Assembly: GCA_017444245.1 (NCBI GenBank)
Contig: JAFSXD010000001.1
Location: forward strand, 1 to 61,049
Direction of reading: 5' to 3'
DNA: 61,049 nucleotides
Origin: Selenomonadaceae bacterium
GTDB lineage: Bacteria > Bacillota > Negativicutes > Selenomonadales > Selenomonadaceae
Shown here: piece after piece, positions 16,813-27,158 of the stretch
Numbering within the stretch: the first letter of the stretch is position 1
Layout of the letters: every line of letters begins with the position of its first letter
Program-made: the position numbers and the translations under genes
The notes under the pieces: generated by a model
What the model was told of the DNA's origin: nothing
What the model saw: only the letters and a program-made list of their open reading frames with translations
Databases searched by the model: none

Positions 16813-19800
16813 TTAACTCAACGCATCGCCGCCGCCAACATAATCTTGAATCGCCAGCGAATAAACAAGCCGCCTGTCACGCATGAAAGTCAGCATGCGT
16901 AAAACTTCCCAAGCCGTGTCCAAACTCGTAAGGCAGGGAATGCCATGTTCAACGGTCGCGCGTCTGATTCTGAAACCGTCACGCATGACATGTTGTCCCG
17001 GTGCTTGAGTGTTTACGACAAGATGAATTTTTCCATTTTTGATTCGCTGAATTATATCCACGCTGCGCTGATGAACTTTGCCGACAACTTCTGCGTCAAT
17101 TCCAATTTTCTGCAACGCATTGGCAGTTCCCTGCGTCGCCGCGATTTTGAATCCCAAATCGTAAAACGCCCGCGCCAACTGTTTGACCTCTTCCTTGTCT
17201 TTGTCAGCAACGGTGAAAAGTATGCAACCTTCAACGGGAATGTTCATGCCCGCGCCGGTTATCGCCTTGTACAACGCCCGCGCGTAATGGTAGTCAATTC
17301 CCATGACTTCGCCCGTCGATTTCATTTCCGGTCCAAGAGAAATGTCAACGTCTTGCATTTTCGCAAAAGAAAATACGGGTGCTTTAACCGCGACGTAGGC
17401 TTTCGGTTCGATAAGTCCGGAGTAAAATCCCTGTTGCTTGAGAGTTTTTCCCAACGCCACTTGAGTTGCAACGTTTACCATTTTTATGTTGGTAACTTTG
17501 CTAAGGAAAGGAACGGTACGGCTGGAACGCGGATTAACTTCAATGACGTAAACAATTCCGTCCGCCACGACGTATTGAATGTTCAGCAGACCTTTCACTT
17601 GAAGAGCAAGTGCCAATCGTTTCGTGTAATCCGTGATGATGTAAGTAATTTTTGAAGTCAAAGTTTGCGGCGGATAAACTGCAATGCTGTCGCCGCTGTG
17701 AACGCCCGCCCGTTCGACGTGTTCCATAATTCCCGGTATCACGACATCAACGCCGTCCGATATTGCGTCGACTTCAACTTCCGTACCTTGAACATAGCGG
17801 TCAACAAGTACGGGATGATCCGGCGTCACTTTAACCGCGCGGCTCATGTAATCGCGCAATTCGTTTTCGTTGTAGACAATTTCCATTGCCCGCCCGCCTA
17901 AAACGTAACTGGGACGAACCATGACGGGATAACCTATTTCCTCCGCGCCTTTAATTGCCTCGTCAAGATTAGTGACGCTAATTCCTTTTGGACGCGGTAT
18001 TCCCACTTCCGTTAAAACTTCGTCGAAACGTTCGCGATCTTCTGCGCGGTCGATGTCGTCAACGGAAGTGCCGAAAACTTTCACGCCGGCTTCTTGAAGA
18101 CTTGCCGCAAGATTTATCGCCGTCTGTCCGCCAAATTGAACGATGACTCCTTCAGGTTTTTCTTTGTCGATAATATTCAAAACGTCTTCGGTAGTCAACG
18201 GCTCGAAATAAAGTCTGTCTGAAATGTCAAAGTCCGTTGAAACAGTTTCTGGATTGTTGTTGATGATGATAGCTTCAATTCCCATTTCGCGCAGTGCCCA
18301 AACGGAATGAACGGAGCAGTAGTCGAACTCCACGCCTTGACCAATGCGAATTGGACCGGAGCCGAGCACGATAACTTTTTTGTTGATTGTGACTTCGACT
18401 TCATCTTCTTCAGCGTGATAGGTTGAGTAGTAGTAAGGCGTGACTGCCTCGAACTCCGCCGCGCAGGTGTCAACCATTTTGTAGAAGGGATAAATTTTAT
18501 TTTCAATGCGCAGTTGCCGAACTTCCTTTTCGGTCTTGCCCGTCAATTCGGCGATTGATTTATCGCAGAGTCCCAAAATTTTTGCGTTGCGGACGTTGCG
18601 CAAATTTAAATCGTCACGAGACAACTTAACTTCAAAGTCCGCAATATTTTTTATCTTTTGAATGAACCAGCGATCTACTTTCGTTATGTCATGAATTTCG
18701 TCGACTGTTGCAATGTTACGGCGGAGAGCTTCGGCAATTACAAAAATTCTTTCGTCATTGATTCTGGCAAGACGCTGTTTAATTTTTTCGTCGCTCCACT
18801 CGTCAAGCTGTTCAAAGTGCAAACGATGTACGCCGATTTCCAAACTGCGGATTGCTTTCAAGAGTGCGCCTTCAAAAGTGCGGTCGATGCTCATGACTTC
18901 GCCCGTCGCTTTCATCTGCGTGCTTAAAGTTTTGTCCGCGTAAACAAATTTGTCGAACGGGAAACGCGGAATTTTCACAACGCAATAATCCAGCGCGGGC
19001 TCAAAACATGCTTTCGTTTTGTGCGTGACGGCGTTCGTAATTTCGTCCAGCGTGTAACCAATCGCAATTTTTGAACTGACTTTCGCAATGGGATAGCCCG
19101 TCGCCTTCGACGCCAACGCGGAAGAACGACTCACGCGCGGATTAACTTCAATGACGTAATAATTTTGACTGTTCGGATCAAGCGCGAATTGAACGTTGCA
19201 ACCGCCTTCAATTTTCAGTGCGCGAATAATTTTCAAACTGGCTGAACGCAAAAGTTGATATTCCAAATCCGTCAACGTTTGACTTGGCGCAACAACGATT
19301 GAATCGCCCGTGTGGACGCCGACGGGATCAAAATTTTCCATGTTGCAAACGGTTATGCAGTTGTCGTTGGAATCGCGCATGACTTCGTATTCAATTTCTT
19401 TCCAGCCGGCGACGCTGCGTTCAATCAAAACTTGCCCAATCATGGAATATTTCAAGCCGCGAATGACAATTTCAATTAATTCTTCTTCGTTTTCCGCGAT
19501 GCCGCCGCCTGTTCCGCCGAGTGTGTACGCGGGACGAACAATCAGCGGATAACCGATTTGTTTTGCAAAATCAACGGCACTGTGAATATCTTCAACGATT
19601 GTGGATTCGGGAATGGGCTCACCGATTTCAGTCATGGTTTCCTTGAAAAATTCGCGGTCTTCCGCTTTTTTTATTGCGGTTAAGGAAGTTCCCAAAAGTT
19701 CAACGTGATTTTTTTCCAGCACGCCTTTTTCGGAAAGTTTGACTGCAAGATTTAAACCTGCCTGTCCGCCGAGCGTCGCAAGCAAACCGTCGGGGCGTTC

Positions 19801-20046
19801 CTTTTCGATTATCGCCGTCAAAAATTCCAAAGTCAACGGCTCGATGTAAACTCTGTCAGCAATGTTCGTGTCCGTCATAATCGTTGCCGGATTGGAATTG
19901 ACGAGGACGACTTCAAGCCCTTCCTCTTTCAACGCGCGGCAAGCTTGAGACCCCGCGTAGTCAAACTCCGCCGCTTGCCCAATTATGATTGGTCCTGAAC
20001 CTATTACTAATACTTTCCTAAGATTTTTTTTCTTCGGCAAAGTCAA
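16813..20046 (-). CDS. carB: carbamoyl-phosphate synthase large subunit
   Basis: 1077 aa with duplicated ATP-grasp halves and an MGS-like C-terminus. It has a TTG start with a GGAGG RBS. Confidence 0.97.
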   Translation of the reverse strand: MTLPKKKNLRKVLVIGSGPIIIGQAAEFDYAGSQACRALKEEGLEVVLVNSNPATIMTDTNIADRVYIEPLTLEFLTAIIEKERPDGLLATLGGQAGLNLAVKLSEKGVLEKNHVELLGTSLTAIKKAEDREFFKETMTEIGEPIPESTIVEDIHSAVDFAKQIGYPLIVRPAYTLGGTGGGIAENEEELIEIVIRGLKYSMIGQVLIERSVAGWKEIEYEVMRDSNDNCITVCNMENFDPVGVHTGDSIVVAPSQTLTDLEYQLLRSASLKIIRALKIEGGCNVQFALDPNSQNYYVIEVNPRVSRSSALASKATGYPIAKVSSKIAIGYTLDEITNAVTHKTKACFEPALDYCVVKIPRFPFDKFVYADKTLSTQMKATGEVMSIDRTFEGALLKAIRSLEIGVHRLHFEQLDEWSDEKIKQRLARINDERIFVIAEALRRNIATVDEIHDITKVDRWFIQKIKNIADFEVKLSRDDLNLRNVRNAKILGLCDKSIAELTGKTEKEVRQLRIENKIYPFYKMVDTCAAEFEAVTPYYYSTYHAEEDEVEVTINKKVIVLGSGPIRIGQGVEFDYCSVHSVWALREMGIEAIIINNNPETVSTDFDISDRLYFEPLTTEDVLNIIDKEKPEGVIVQFGGQTAINLAASLQEAGVKVFGTSVDDIDRAEDRERFDEVLTEVGIPRPKGISVTNLDEAIKGAEEIGYPVMVRPSYVLGGRAMEIVYNENELRDYMSRAVKVTPDHPVLVDRYVQGTEVEVDAISDGVDVVIPGIMEHVERAGVHSGDSIAVYPPQTLTSKITYIITDYTKRLALALQVKGLLNIQYVVADGIVYVIEVNPRSSRTVPFLSKVTNIKMVNVATQVALGKTLKQQGFYSGLIEPKAYVAVKAPVFSFAKMQDVDISLGPEMKSTGEVMGIDYHYARALYKAITGAGMNIPVEGCILFTVADKDKEEVKQLARAFYDLGFKIAATQGTANALQKIGIDAEVVGKVHQRSVDIIQRIKNGKIHLVVNTQAPGQHVMRDGFRIRRATVEHGIPCLTSLDTAWEVLRMLTFMRDRRLVYSLAIQDYVGGGDALS

Positions 20047-20055
20047 ACCTCCCTA

Positions 20056-20091
20056 TTAGATCGATGGATCGATAGATCGATGGATCGATGG
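20056..20091. repeat. 8-nt-period boundary repeat (RGATCGAT)x4
   Basis: ttagatcgatggatcgatagatcgatggatcgatgg fills the whole upp-carB intergenic gap, up to the carB RBS. Confidence 0.9.
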
Positions 20092-20751
20092 TTAAAATCC
20101 AAAAATTCTGTCGCCCGCGTCGCCCAAGCCCGGAAGTATGTAACAATTTTCGTTTAAGCCTTCGTCGAGTGTGGCGGTGTAAATCGGTACGTCAGGATGT
20201 TCGGAAGAAATTTTTTCAACGCCTTGCGGTGCGGCAACTATGCAAAGGAACAAAATTTTTCGTGCGCCTTTGTCCTTCAACATTTTCAATGCGGCTGAAG
20301 CACTGCCACCCGTCGCCAACATTGGATCTGTCACGAGTAAAATTTTTTCGTCAAGATTCGGCGGCATTTTGCTGTAGTATTCGACCGGCTGAAAAGTTTT
20401 TTCGTCGCGATAAAGTCCGATAGGTCCGACTGATGCGTTTGGAAAAATTTTCAGTACGCCGCTTGCCATGCCCAAACCTGCGCGGAGTATCGGCACAATC
20501 ACAAAATTTTCTTCGTGCAAAATTTTCACGCGGCATGTTGCCAACGGCGTTTCAATTTCCGTTTCGTCGCTCTCAAATTCGCGCCCAACTTCGTACGTCA
20601 TGAGCATTGCAATTTCTTCAACGAGTTCACGAAAAATTTTTGACGGCGTTCGTTTGTCCCTCAACTGTGCAAGTTTGTGCGCGATTATCGGATTGTCAAC
20701 TACTTCAATCAATTCAAATTCCGCCCTTCGTAGCCGAAAAGTTTTGTACAT
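20092..20751 (-). CDS. upp: uracil phosphoribosyltransferase
   Basis: IEVVDNPIIAHKLAQLRDKRT and LLVTDPMLATGGSA are present. The real start is the ATG at 20751 or the TTG at 20712. The 340-aa track ORF is over-extended. Confidence 0.9.
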   Translation of the reverse strand: MYKTFRLRRAEFELIEVVDNPIIAHKLAQLRDKRTPSKIFRELVEEIAMLMTYEVGREFESDETEIETPLATCRVKILHEENFVIVPILRAGLGMASGVLKIFPNASVGPIGLYRDEKTFQPVEYYSKMPPNLDEKILLVTDPMLATGGSASAALKMLKDKGARKILFLCIVAAPQGVEKISSEHPDVPIYTATLDEGLNENCYILPGLGDAGDRIFGF

Positions 20752-20843
20752 TATATCTGTCAAAAAGATTTTTTGCCACACAAAATTTTTGCTTGAAGAT
20801 ATTGTCAAGGAGAAATTTTTTTTGTAAGCTGTGATGAAAGGTT

Positions 20844-21125
20844 GTGATTTTTTTGGCTGATGAAAATAAATTTCCATGCGAAATGTGCGGTTGTTGCTGT
20901 CGACAAGTGGGAAAAACTTCTCTTGGCAAGTCAATGGCTCTTCCCGACGGCTCATGCAAATTCCTTGACCATGAAAAAAATTTGTGCACGATTTATTATG
21001 AGCGTCCGATATTTTGCCGCGTCGACGAATACTACGAAAATTTTTTGAGTGACAAAATGTCCCGCGCAGAATATTACGCATTGAACAAAGAATCTTGCGA
21101 AAAATTGCGCGCACTCCTCAACTAA
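20844..21125 (+). CDS. YkgJ-family (UPF0153) cysteine-cluster protein
   Basis: FPCEMCGCCC followed by CKFLD..NLCTIYYERPIFCR. Confidence 0.7.
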   Translation: MIFLADENKFPCEMCGCCCRQVGKTSLGKSMALPDGSCKFLDHEKNLCTIYYERPIFCRVDEYYENFLSDKMSRAEYYALNKESCEKLRALLN

Positions 21126-21877
21126 AATTTTTCAATCTTACGTTGACAAAAAGTTACGGGTGTCAATCCAATTTCTTGAACAAAATCTAACGCCGCTTGA
21201 AAATGATCTCCGATGACTTCCGCGCGGTGGGCATCAGAACCGATTGTCACATACTTGCCGCCAAAATTTTTGTAGCTCGTGTAGACCGGTTTCAGCTCGT
21301 CGAAAACTTTTTTATGGCGAAGTCGGCGCGTGTTCAGTTCCAAAACTTTTTCGCGCTCAACGATTATTTTCAAGACGTTATCAATCTCCGCCTTGAAAGT
21401 GTCGTAATCAATCGACGTGTCGTCATACGTGGCGGCGCGGCAAATGTAATCGATGTGCCCCAAAACGTCGAAGTCATTAACCGCCGCTTCCTGCGCCATT
21501 ACTTGAAAATAATTCGTGTAGACGGAAAATTTTTCTTTGCCTTCAAAAAATTCTTTGATGTAAATATCTTCGCCGTCAATCGTATGAATTGAGCCGATGA
21601 CTTGATCGAAATCTGCCGACAAAACAAAATTTTTGCTTGCCTCCCGCGCAGTTTTCGTCATACCGACTTCAACGCCTAAACGTAATTTTTCACCGCGAAA
21701 TTTTTTGTATTCGTCCATGTATTCAGCAGCTACGAAATTAAATCCTTCCATGTCGTAATCAAAATGTTCCGTGAAGACCAAGCCGAAGTTCAAACTTTCA
21801 GCGCGGGCAATGGCGTCAACCGCTTTCATTTTTGAATCCGCAGAAAATTTTGTGTGCGTGTGACTGTCGAAAATCAT
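21122..21877 (-). CDS. PHP-family histidinol-phosphatase (HisJ/HisK type)
   Basis: MIFDSHTHTKFSADS, VLGHIDY and IGSDAHR motifs. The start at 21877 has an AAGGA RBS. Confidence 0.75.
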   Translation of the reverse strand: MIFDSHTHTKFSADSKMKAVDAIARAESLNFGLVFTEHFDYDMEGFNFVAAEYMDEYKKFRGEKLRLGVEVGMTKTAREASKNFVLSADFDQVIGSIHTIDGEDIYIKEFFEGKEKFSVYTNYFQVMAQEAAVNDFDVLGHIDYICRAATYDDTSIDYDTFKAEIDNVLKIIVEREKVLELNTRRLRHKKVFDELKPVYTSYKNFGGKYVTIGSDAHRAEVIGDHFQAALDFVQEIGLTPVTFCQRKIEKF

Positions 21878-21966
21878 GATAATTCGTCCGTCCTTTACAA
21901 AAATTTTTGAGACTGCTAAAATCTTACACCGCACAAATAATTTGGTCAACGATTGGGGAAATTTTT

Positions 21967-23331
21967 ATGGAACTCAAGGAAAAAAATGTTTTGGTAATCG
22001 GCGCGGGGATAAGCGGATTTGCCGCCGCGAAAATTGCAAAAAAATTTGGCGCGCACGTTGTTTTGAGCGACGCCAAAGACGAATCGGATTTGAAATTTAA
22101 TTTTGAAGAACTGCGCGAATGTGGAATCAATTTAATTTTCGGCAAGCAGGAAGAAAAACTTTTGGACGGCGTGGACTTGGTGATTGTGTCGCCCGCCGTG
22201 CCGTTGCGCATACCGATTTTGCAAGCCGCGTTGAATAAAAAAATTTCCGTCATCAGCGAAGTTGAGTTGGCGTACAATCTTGCGAAGTCTCCGATTTGCG
22301 CGGTGACCGGCACGAACGGAAAAACCACGACGGTTACGCTGTTGGGATTGTTGCTTGAAAGTCAATTTGAAAAAGTTGGCGTCGGCGGAAATATCGGCGT
22401 TGCGTTGAGTGAAGTTGCGTTAGAAGTTGGCGCGGGCGGGTACATCGCGGCGGAAATTTCCAGTTACCAAATGGAGGCGACAAATAATTTCAAGCCGCAC
22501 ATCTCGGCGATTTTGAACGTCACGCCGGATCATTTGAAACGTCATGGCACAATGGAAATTTATCAGGCGATGAAAGAAAAAATTTTCGCGCAGGAGACGG
22601 CGGACGACTTTTTAGTTTTGAACTACGATGACGAAAAAGTTAGGGAAATTAAATCCCGCGCAGGTTGCAAAGTTTTTTACTTCAGCCGCAAAAAAATTTT
22701 GGACGAAGGCGCGTTTATCGACGGCGGGAAGTTAGTCATAAAATTTGGCGGAAAAATTTTTGAACTCTGCACGGTTGACGAACTTGGAATTAAAGGCGGG
22801 CACAATGTTGAAAATGCGTTGGCGGCGTCAATGATTGCGTTCTTGGCGGGCGTGACGGCGGAAAATATTTGCGGTGTGCTGAAAAGTTTTCAAGGCGTCG
22901 AACATCGAATTGAATTTGTCCGCGAAATTGACGGCGTGAAATTTTACAACGATTCAAAGGCGACGAACACGGATTCCGCGATTAAAGCGTTGGAAACTTT
23001 CGACGGACACATAAATTTAATTGCGGGCGGCGACGACAAACTTACCGACTTGACGGAATTTTTGACGTTGGTCAATCAGCGCGTGGACAATTTAATTTTG
23101 GTCGGCGACGCGGCTAAACGTTTCAAAGAAGACGCAATAAAAAACGGCTTTGACGCAGGAAAAATTTTTGACGCCGGCTACTCAATGGAAAAAGCCGTTG
23201 ATATTGCGAGAAAAATTTCCACGCCGCCGCAAGTTGTTTTGCTTAGTCCCGCTTGCGCAAGTTTTGATATGTACGACAACTTCGAGGAGCGCGGCAAAGA
23301 TTTTAAGCGGATCGTTATGGAGATGATTTAA
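21967..23331 (+). CDS. murD: UDP-N-acetylmuramoyl-L-alanine--D-glutamate ligase
   Basis: VLVIGAGISG and AVTGTNGKTTT motifs. The ATG at 21967 has a GGGGA RBS. Confidence 0.92.
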   Translation: MELKEKNVLVIGAGISGFAAAKIAKKFGAHVVLSDAKDESDLKFNFEELRECGINLIFGKQEEKLLDGVDLVIVSPAVPLRIPILQAALNKKISVISEVELAYNLAKSPICAVTGTNGKTTTVTLLGLLLESQFEKVGVGGNIGVALSEVALEVGAGGYIAAEISSYQMEATNNFKPHISAILNVTPDHLKRHGTMEIYQAMKEKIFAQETADDFLVLNYDDEKVREIKSRAGCKVFYFSRKKILDEGAFIDGGKLVIKFGGKIFELCTVDELGIKGGHNVENALAASMIAFLAGVTAENICGVLKSFQGVEHRIEFVREIDGVKFYNDSKATNTDSAIKALETFDGHINLIAGGDDKLTDLTEFLTLVNQRVDNLILVGDAAKRFKEDAIKNGFDAGKIFDAGYSMEKAVDIARKISTPPQVVLLSPACASFDMYDNFEERGKDFKRIVMEMI

Positions 23332-23363
23332 TTGACTTCAAAAAAAATTTACTGCCCGTGCAT
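23311..23363 (+). repeat. direct repeat copy 1 (last 6 murD codons, the stop codon, and the next 32 nt)
   Basis: atcgttatggagatgatttaattgacttcaaaaaaaatttactgcccgtgcat. Compare 24068-24120. Confidence 0.85.
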
Positions 23364-24039
23364 TGCGTTTAAGATGAATTATTGCGACGGCGGCAAAGAT
23401 TCTGAACATGTAGGATTTTACGGCATTTGTAGCGATAAAATTATCGAATATAATATCAAACATCATCGCGCTTGGTGTTCAAATGAAGATTGCGCTTGCA
23501 AGCAATATTACGATAAAAAAATTTCCCGTGATGAACTTAAAAAAAATTGGGATGAAGAAAATAACGGTGCGTATATTTGTTATGAAAGTGCCGCACTTCG
23601 CGATTGGTGCTTTGAGGCGGGTTATGATGATTATAACGGCGGCAGAACAATTCGCGGCGCAAAGGCAGGTCATCTTTGTTTGCTTACGACGGTAGCGCCT
23701 AATATGAAAGAAGAAGACAGATTTATTGTCGCAATGTTTATTATCGGAAGATTTTCTGAAGGCGACGGGGAGAATTGCGGTTTTGTTGGCTCGTATGAAA
23801 ATCTTGATTACGCTTTAGAATTTATGCCGAATGAAGTTCATAAAATGAAGTTTTGGAAAGTTTATCACAATTCCGACGGCTCGATTAAATGGAGCAGCGG
23901 GCTTTTCAGATATTTCAGCGACGATGACGCGATAAAATTTTTGAAAATGGCTGTCGAAGTTAAACGCGGAACTGATGACGAAAAGGTTGCAAAAAACTTT
24001 CTCAAGCATTACTGCGAACTTAACAATCTGTCTTCGTAA
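23332..24039 (+). CDS. Cys-rich hypothetical protein (235 aa)
   Basis: The ORF has a TTG start abutting the murD stop. It has multiple Cys pairs in the N-terminal 60 aa and no motif I recognise. Confidence 0.55.
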   Translation: MTSKKIYCPCIAFKMNYCDGGKDSEHVGFYGICSDKIIEYNIKHHRAWCSNEDCACKQYYDKKISRDELKKNWDEENNGAYICYESAALRDWCFEAGYDDYNGGRTIRGAKAGHLCLLTTVAPNMKEEDRFIVAMFIIGRFSEGDGENCGFVGSYENLDYALEFMPNEVHKMKFWKVYHNSDGSIKWSSGLFRYFSDDDAIKFLKMAVEVKRGTDDEKVAKNFLKHYCELNNLSS

Positions 24040-24067
24040 TTGATCATGTTGAAGAATTTTTAAATGT

Positions 24068-24120
24068 ATCGTTATGAAGACGATTTAACTGACTTCAAAA
24101 AAATTTACCGTCCGTGACAT
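24068..24120 (+). repeat. direct repeat copy 2 (degenerate copy of the murD 3' end)
   Basis: atcgttatgaagacgatttaactgacttcaaaaaaatttaccgtccgtgacat, roughly 85% identical by eye to copy 1. Confidence 0.85.
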
Positions 24121-24473
24121 CAAATGAAACTTTCAAGAATTGTCGCCGATTCTTCGACACAGCCGATACACGGGCGCAAATTTTTACTTCTTATTTCGCG
24201 GCAATTTATTGCGCCGACTTTGTCGAAGAATTTTTTTTCAAACTCCGCATGAAGTTTTTGGGCGTTCTCTTCGCCGAACTTTGCAGTTAGCACAAGTTCC
24301 GCCGCGCAGACTGCTCCGCATTTAATTTTTCGTCCGCCTGAATATGGGGCGGCAATTTTTTTTGCTTCGTCGTGAGTAATTCCCGCGTCGTCGCAAAACG
24401 CGCACATAACTGATTGCGAACAACTGTAACTGCCGCGCATGTATTCGACGGCTTTTTCTGCTTTAACTCCCAT
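24120..24473 (-). CDS. C_GCAxxG_C_C family protein
   Basis: YSCSQSVMCAF and KCGAVCAA motifs. Confidence 0.7.
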   Translation of the reverse strand: MGVKAEKAVEYMRGSYSCSQSVMCAFCDDAGITHDEAKKIAAPYSGGRKIKCGAVCAAELVLTAKFGEENAQKLHAEFEKKFFDKVGAINCREIRSKNLRPCIGCVEESATILESFI

Positions 24474-24492
24474 AAAATTTTCTCCCCACTAA

Positions 24493-26424
24493 TTAATATT
24501 GTTCCATTGTTGAACCGATATTGCCGATACGAATTTCGCCCAACTGCAACTTGAGATCGTCAAGAGAATTTCTAAGCTCGTCAACGTAAGTTGAAAATTC
24601 TGCGGCGGTTTCGCCTTGAGAAAAATAAAATCTCATGTCAAGTTGATTTCCTTCATAAATTCGGAAAGTCAATTCAGCCGCGCCGATATTGTCCGTCAAA
24701 ACGCAAATGCGCACCCAAGTTTCTTTTTTCTCTTGTCCTGTCTCGTTGTCGCGCGTGCTTTCATCGTAAACATTCAAGTAAGTCGGATAACTCATTTCGT
24801 TTACGTTTAAATAGATCGGCACCATCATCTGGAAGGAGCGTTGATTTTGTACGGGGGCGGTGAAGTTGTCGCCGCTCATGGATTTGCGAAGAGAATTTGA
24901 AAATTCCCAAATATCTTTGCCGGCACTTCTGAATTGTCGACCTTTGTAACTCATGGGAAGTTTTGCCATGTCGCAAAGTTGCATGAACGCCCAAAGTCGC
25001 GGAAGGTCCGGCAAATTTTGTTGAACTGCCGCTTGCCGAACTGTCGCCGGAACATTTTGTTGACACAGCCGCAACAAATTTTGCAAGTGACGATTTTCGA
25101 GCAATGAAAAAGTTTTCTGCGGATTGTTCACGAAATTTTGAAGTGTCGCCGCGTCTTGTGGATTCATTTCGGTATTTTGGAGGAGGAATCGCGCAAGACT
25201 TTTCATCGTGTCGAGAGTGCGCGGGGAATTTTCAAGCGGCTGACGCATAATTTGCGCGTGGGCGTCCTTCATTTGTTGACGGACGCTTTGTTGTTGTGCC
25301 ATGAGTTCTTCCGTCGACGTTGGCTGTTGGAAATTTTGTTGAGGTTGTTGCTGATTCATTGGTTGCTGGAAATTTTGTTGAGGTTGTTGCTGATTCATGG
25401 GTTGTTGGAAATTTTGTTGGAAAGGTTGTTGCTGATTCATGGGTTGTTGAAAATTTTGTTGGAATGGTTGTTGCTGATTCATTGGTTGTTGGAAATTTTG
25501 TTGGAAGGGTTGTTGTTGATTCATTGGTTGCTGAAAATTTTGTTGGAAAGGTTGTTGCTGATTCATTGGCTGCTGGAAATTTTGTTGAGGTTGTTGTTGA
25601 TTCATTGGTTGCTGGAAATTTTGTTGGAAAGGTTGTTGCTGATTCATTGGCTGTTGAAAATTTTGTTGAGGTTGTTGCTGATTCATTGGTTGCTGGAAAT
25701 TTTGTTGAGGTTGTTGCTGATTCATTGGTTGCTGGAAATTTTGTTGAGGTTGAGCATTGTCGGCGGCGGGGCGCGGCATAAAAAATTTGACGAGCTTGTT
25801 TAAAAAGTTCATCACGTCGGATTCGCCCTGCGGTTGCTGATTGGCTTGCGACAATGGCTGTGAAAGTTGCGTCAAAATTTCGTACAACGCCGGCGGAAGT
25901 TGGTCAGGGATTTTTGAATCAAGCAATTCAAATGAAGATTTTGTCATGAGAACGGGCTCAAGTGCATTGCCGCCCTCCGCTGAAACCAAAAAATTTTTGA
26001 ACTGCGACAAAAGCGTTTGTATCTCCGGCGAAATTTTCATGGAAAATCCTCTGTCCGCCAAAGAGCCGAGCTGAAAAAGCATTCTGCCGAAAGTTGAAAG
26101 TTGTTCCATAGAAAAACGTTGGCTTTCAATGGTACTGCCGACGCCTTTTCCTAAAGTTTCCTGCAACGAGAGAGCTTGCTCAAGAATATTTTTGACGATC
26201 TGTCCGATCTCGTTGGGAATTTTTGTCATACCAAGTTTTTCGGCGGTTGCAATACGCTCAAGAGTTCCCGCCAAATCGCTTATGGCTGTTCGTAAGGCAA
26301 CGTTGGTCTGCGGTCTAAAGCCGGCAACTGTACCTTCGTCTCGACGCTGAACGCCTTCTTGTTCGCGTAAAGGTCGTTCCGTCGTTACCGGGCGAATTCC
26401 TATTGCGCCTGTATTTATTGGCAT
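24493..26424 (-). CDS. Gln-rich repeat protein, YlqG/FliK-like (possible hook-length-control-type C-terminus)
   Basis: It sits directly downstream of rnhB, as ylqG does in Bacillus. The C-terminal ..VRICVLTDNIGAAELTFRIYEGNQLDMRFYFSQGETAAEF..LKLQLGEI resembles the FliK C-terminal fold pattern. The assignment is tentative. Confidence 0.45.
   Translation of the reverse strand: MPINTGAIGIRPVTTERPLREQEGVQRRDEGTVAGFRPQTNVALRTAISDLAGTLERIATAEKLGMTKIPNEIGQIVKNILEQALSLQETLGKGVGSTIESQRFSMEQLSTFGRMLFQLGSLADRGFSMKISPEIQTLLSQFKNFLVSAEGGNALEPVLMTKSSFELLDSKIPDQLPPALYEILTQLSQPLSQANQQPQGESDVMNFLNKLVKFFMPRPAADNAQPQQNFQQPMNQQQPQQNFQQPMNQQQPQQNFQQPMNQQQPFQQNFQQPMNQQQPQQNFQQPMNQQQPFQQNFQQPMNQQQPFQQNFQQPMNQQQPFQQNFQQPMNQQQPFQQNFQQPMNQQQPQQNFQQPMNQQQPQQNFQQPTSTEELMAQQQSVRQQMKDAHAQIMRQPLENSPRTLDTMKSLARFLLQNTEMNPQDAATLQNFVNNPQKTFSLLENRHLQNLLRLCQQNVPATVRQAAVQQNLPDLPRLWAFMQLCDMAKLPMSYKGRQFRSAGKDIWEFSNSLRKSMSGDNFTAPVQNQRSFQMMVPIYLNVNEMSYPTYLNVYDESTRDNETGQEKKETWVRICVLTDNIGAAELTFRIYEGNQLDMRFYFSQGETAAEFSTYVDELRNSLDDLKLQLGEIRIGNIGSTMEQY
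25318..25757 (-). repeat. in-frame 39/42-nt tandem repeat, about 10-11 copies (PMNQQQP[F]QQNFQQ)
   Basis: I counted 10 PMNQQQP units in the translation, 5 of 13 aa and 5 of 14 aa. The DNA copies are near-identical. Confidence 0.95.
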
Positions 26425-26441
26425 GTAATTTCACTTCCTTG

Positions 26442-27110
26442 TCAACGATTAGAATTATTTTGCAACATAGATTTCACCGGATTAAAACTGTGTCGATGAA
26501 TTTCCGTAGCTCCCAAATTTTTTATTGCGTCGCGATGAAATTTCGTACCGTAGCCGCGATTTTTTTCAAAACCATAATTCGGAAAAATTTTACTCCACTC
26601 ATCCGCAAGTTTATCGCGCGTAACTTTCGCAACAATCGAGGCGGCGGCTATTGAGGCGGAAAGAGTATCGCCGCGCACGATCGCAAGGCTGTCAATTTCG
26701 TCGAATTCAACTTTCATTGCGTCCGTCAAAACAAAATCCGGTTGAGGATTCAAGGCGACAACTGCGCGTTTCATTCCAACAAGAGTAGCTTGGTAGACGT
26801 TCAGCGTGTCAATTTCATCTATGCTGACTTCCACGCAGGAATAGGCAATCGCCGCAGATTTTATTTCTTCGCAAAGTTTTTCGCGAATGTGCGCAGAAAT
26901 TTTTTTTGAATCGTTCAACTTGGCAAAATAAAAATCCGGCGGAAGTATCACGGCGGAAACTAATACAGGTCCAATCAGCGAACCGCGCCCGACTTCATCA
27001 ACGCCGGCAATGAGTTTGTATCCTTGACGGCGCGCGTCGTCTTCGTAGTGATACAAATTTGAGACGCGTACTCTGTCTTCTTCTTCGTCAAATTTTTTTC
27101 CCAACGCCAC
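26442..27110 (-). CDS. rnhB: ribonuclease HII
   Basis: IAGVDEVGRGSLIGPV and DSKK motifs. Confidence 0.92.
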   Translation of the reverse strand: MALGKKFDEEEDRVRVSNLYHYEDDARRQGYKLIAGVDEVGRGSLIGPVLVSAVILPPDFYFAKLNDSKKISAHIREKLCEEIKSAAIAYSCVEVSIDEIDTLNVYQATLVGMKRAVVALNPQPDFVLTDAMKVEFDEIDSLAIVRGDTLSASIAAASIVAKVTRDKLADEWSKIFPNYGFEKNRGYGTKFHRDAIKNLGATEIHRHSFNPVKSMLQNNSNR

Positions 27111-27158
27111 CGCTCCATTGCAAGAAAATTTTTTACGACGCCTTCACCGGTTGGATAT

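Noticed and set aside
16945-19552. Multiple 60-236-aa ORFs antisense to carB, with similar antisense ORFs inside prfC, the kinase, addB and the giant gene
   Set aside because: They lie fully inside strongly supported genes on the other strand. They have no RBS or motifs, and their composition is typical of antisense frames.
20752-21114. N-terminal extension of the upp ORF to 340 aa
   Set aside because: The Upp homology starts at ..IEVVDNPIIAHKL. The extension overlaps the well-supported YkgJ-family gene on the opposite strand.
25138-25803. Plus-strand ORFs of 221 and 153 aa with LLEILL / VADSLVAGNFVE repeats
   Set aside because: They are antisense read-through of the in-frame Gln-rich tandem repeat of the minus-strand gene. 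Repeats keep every frame open.
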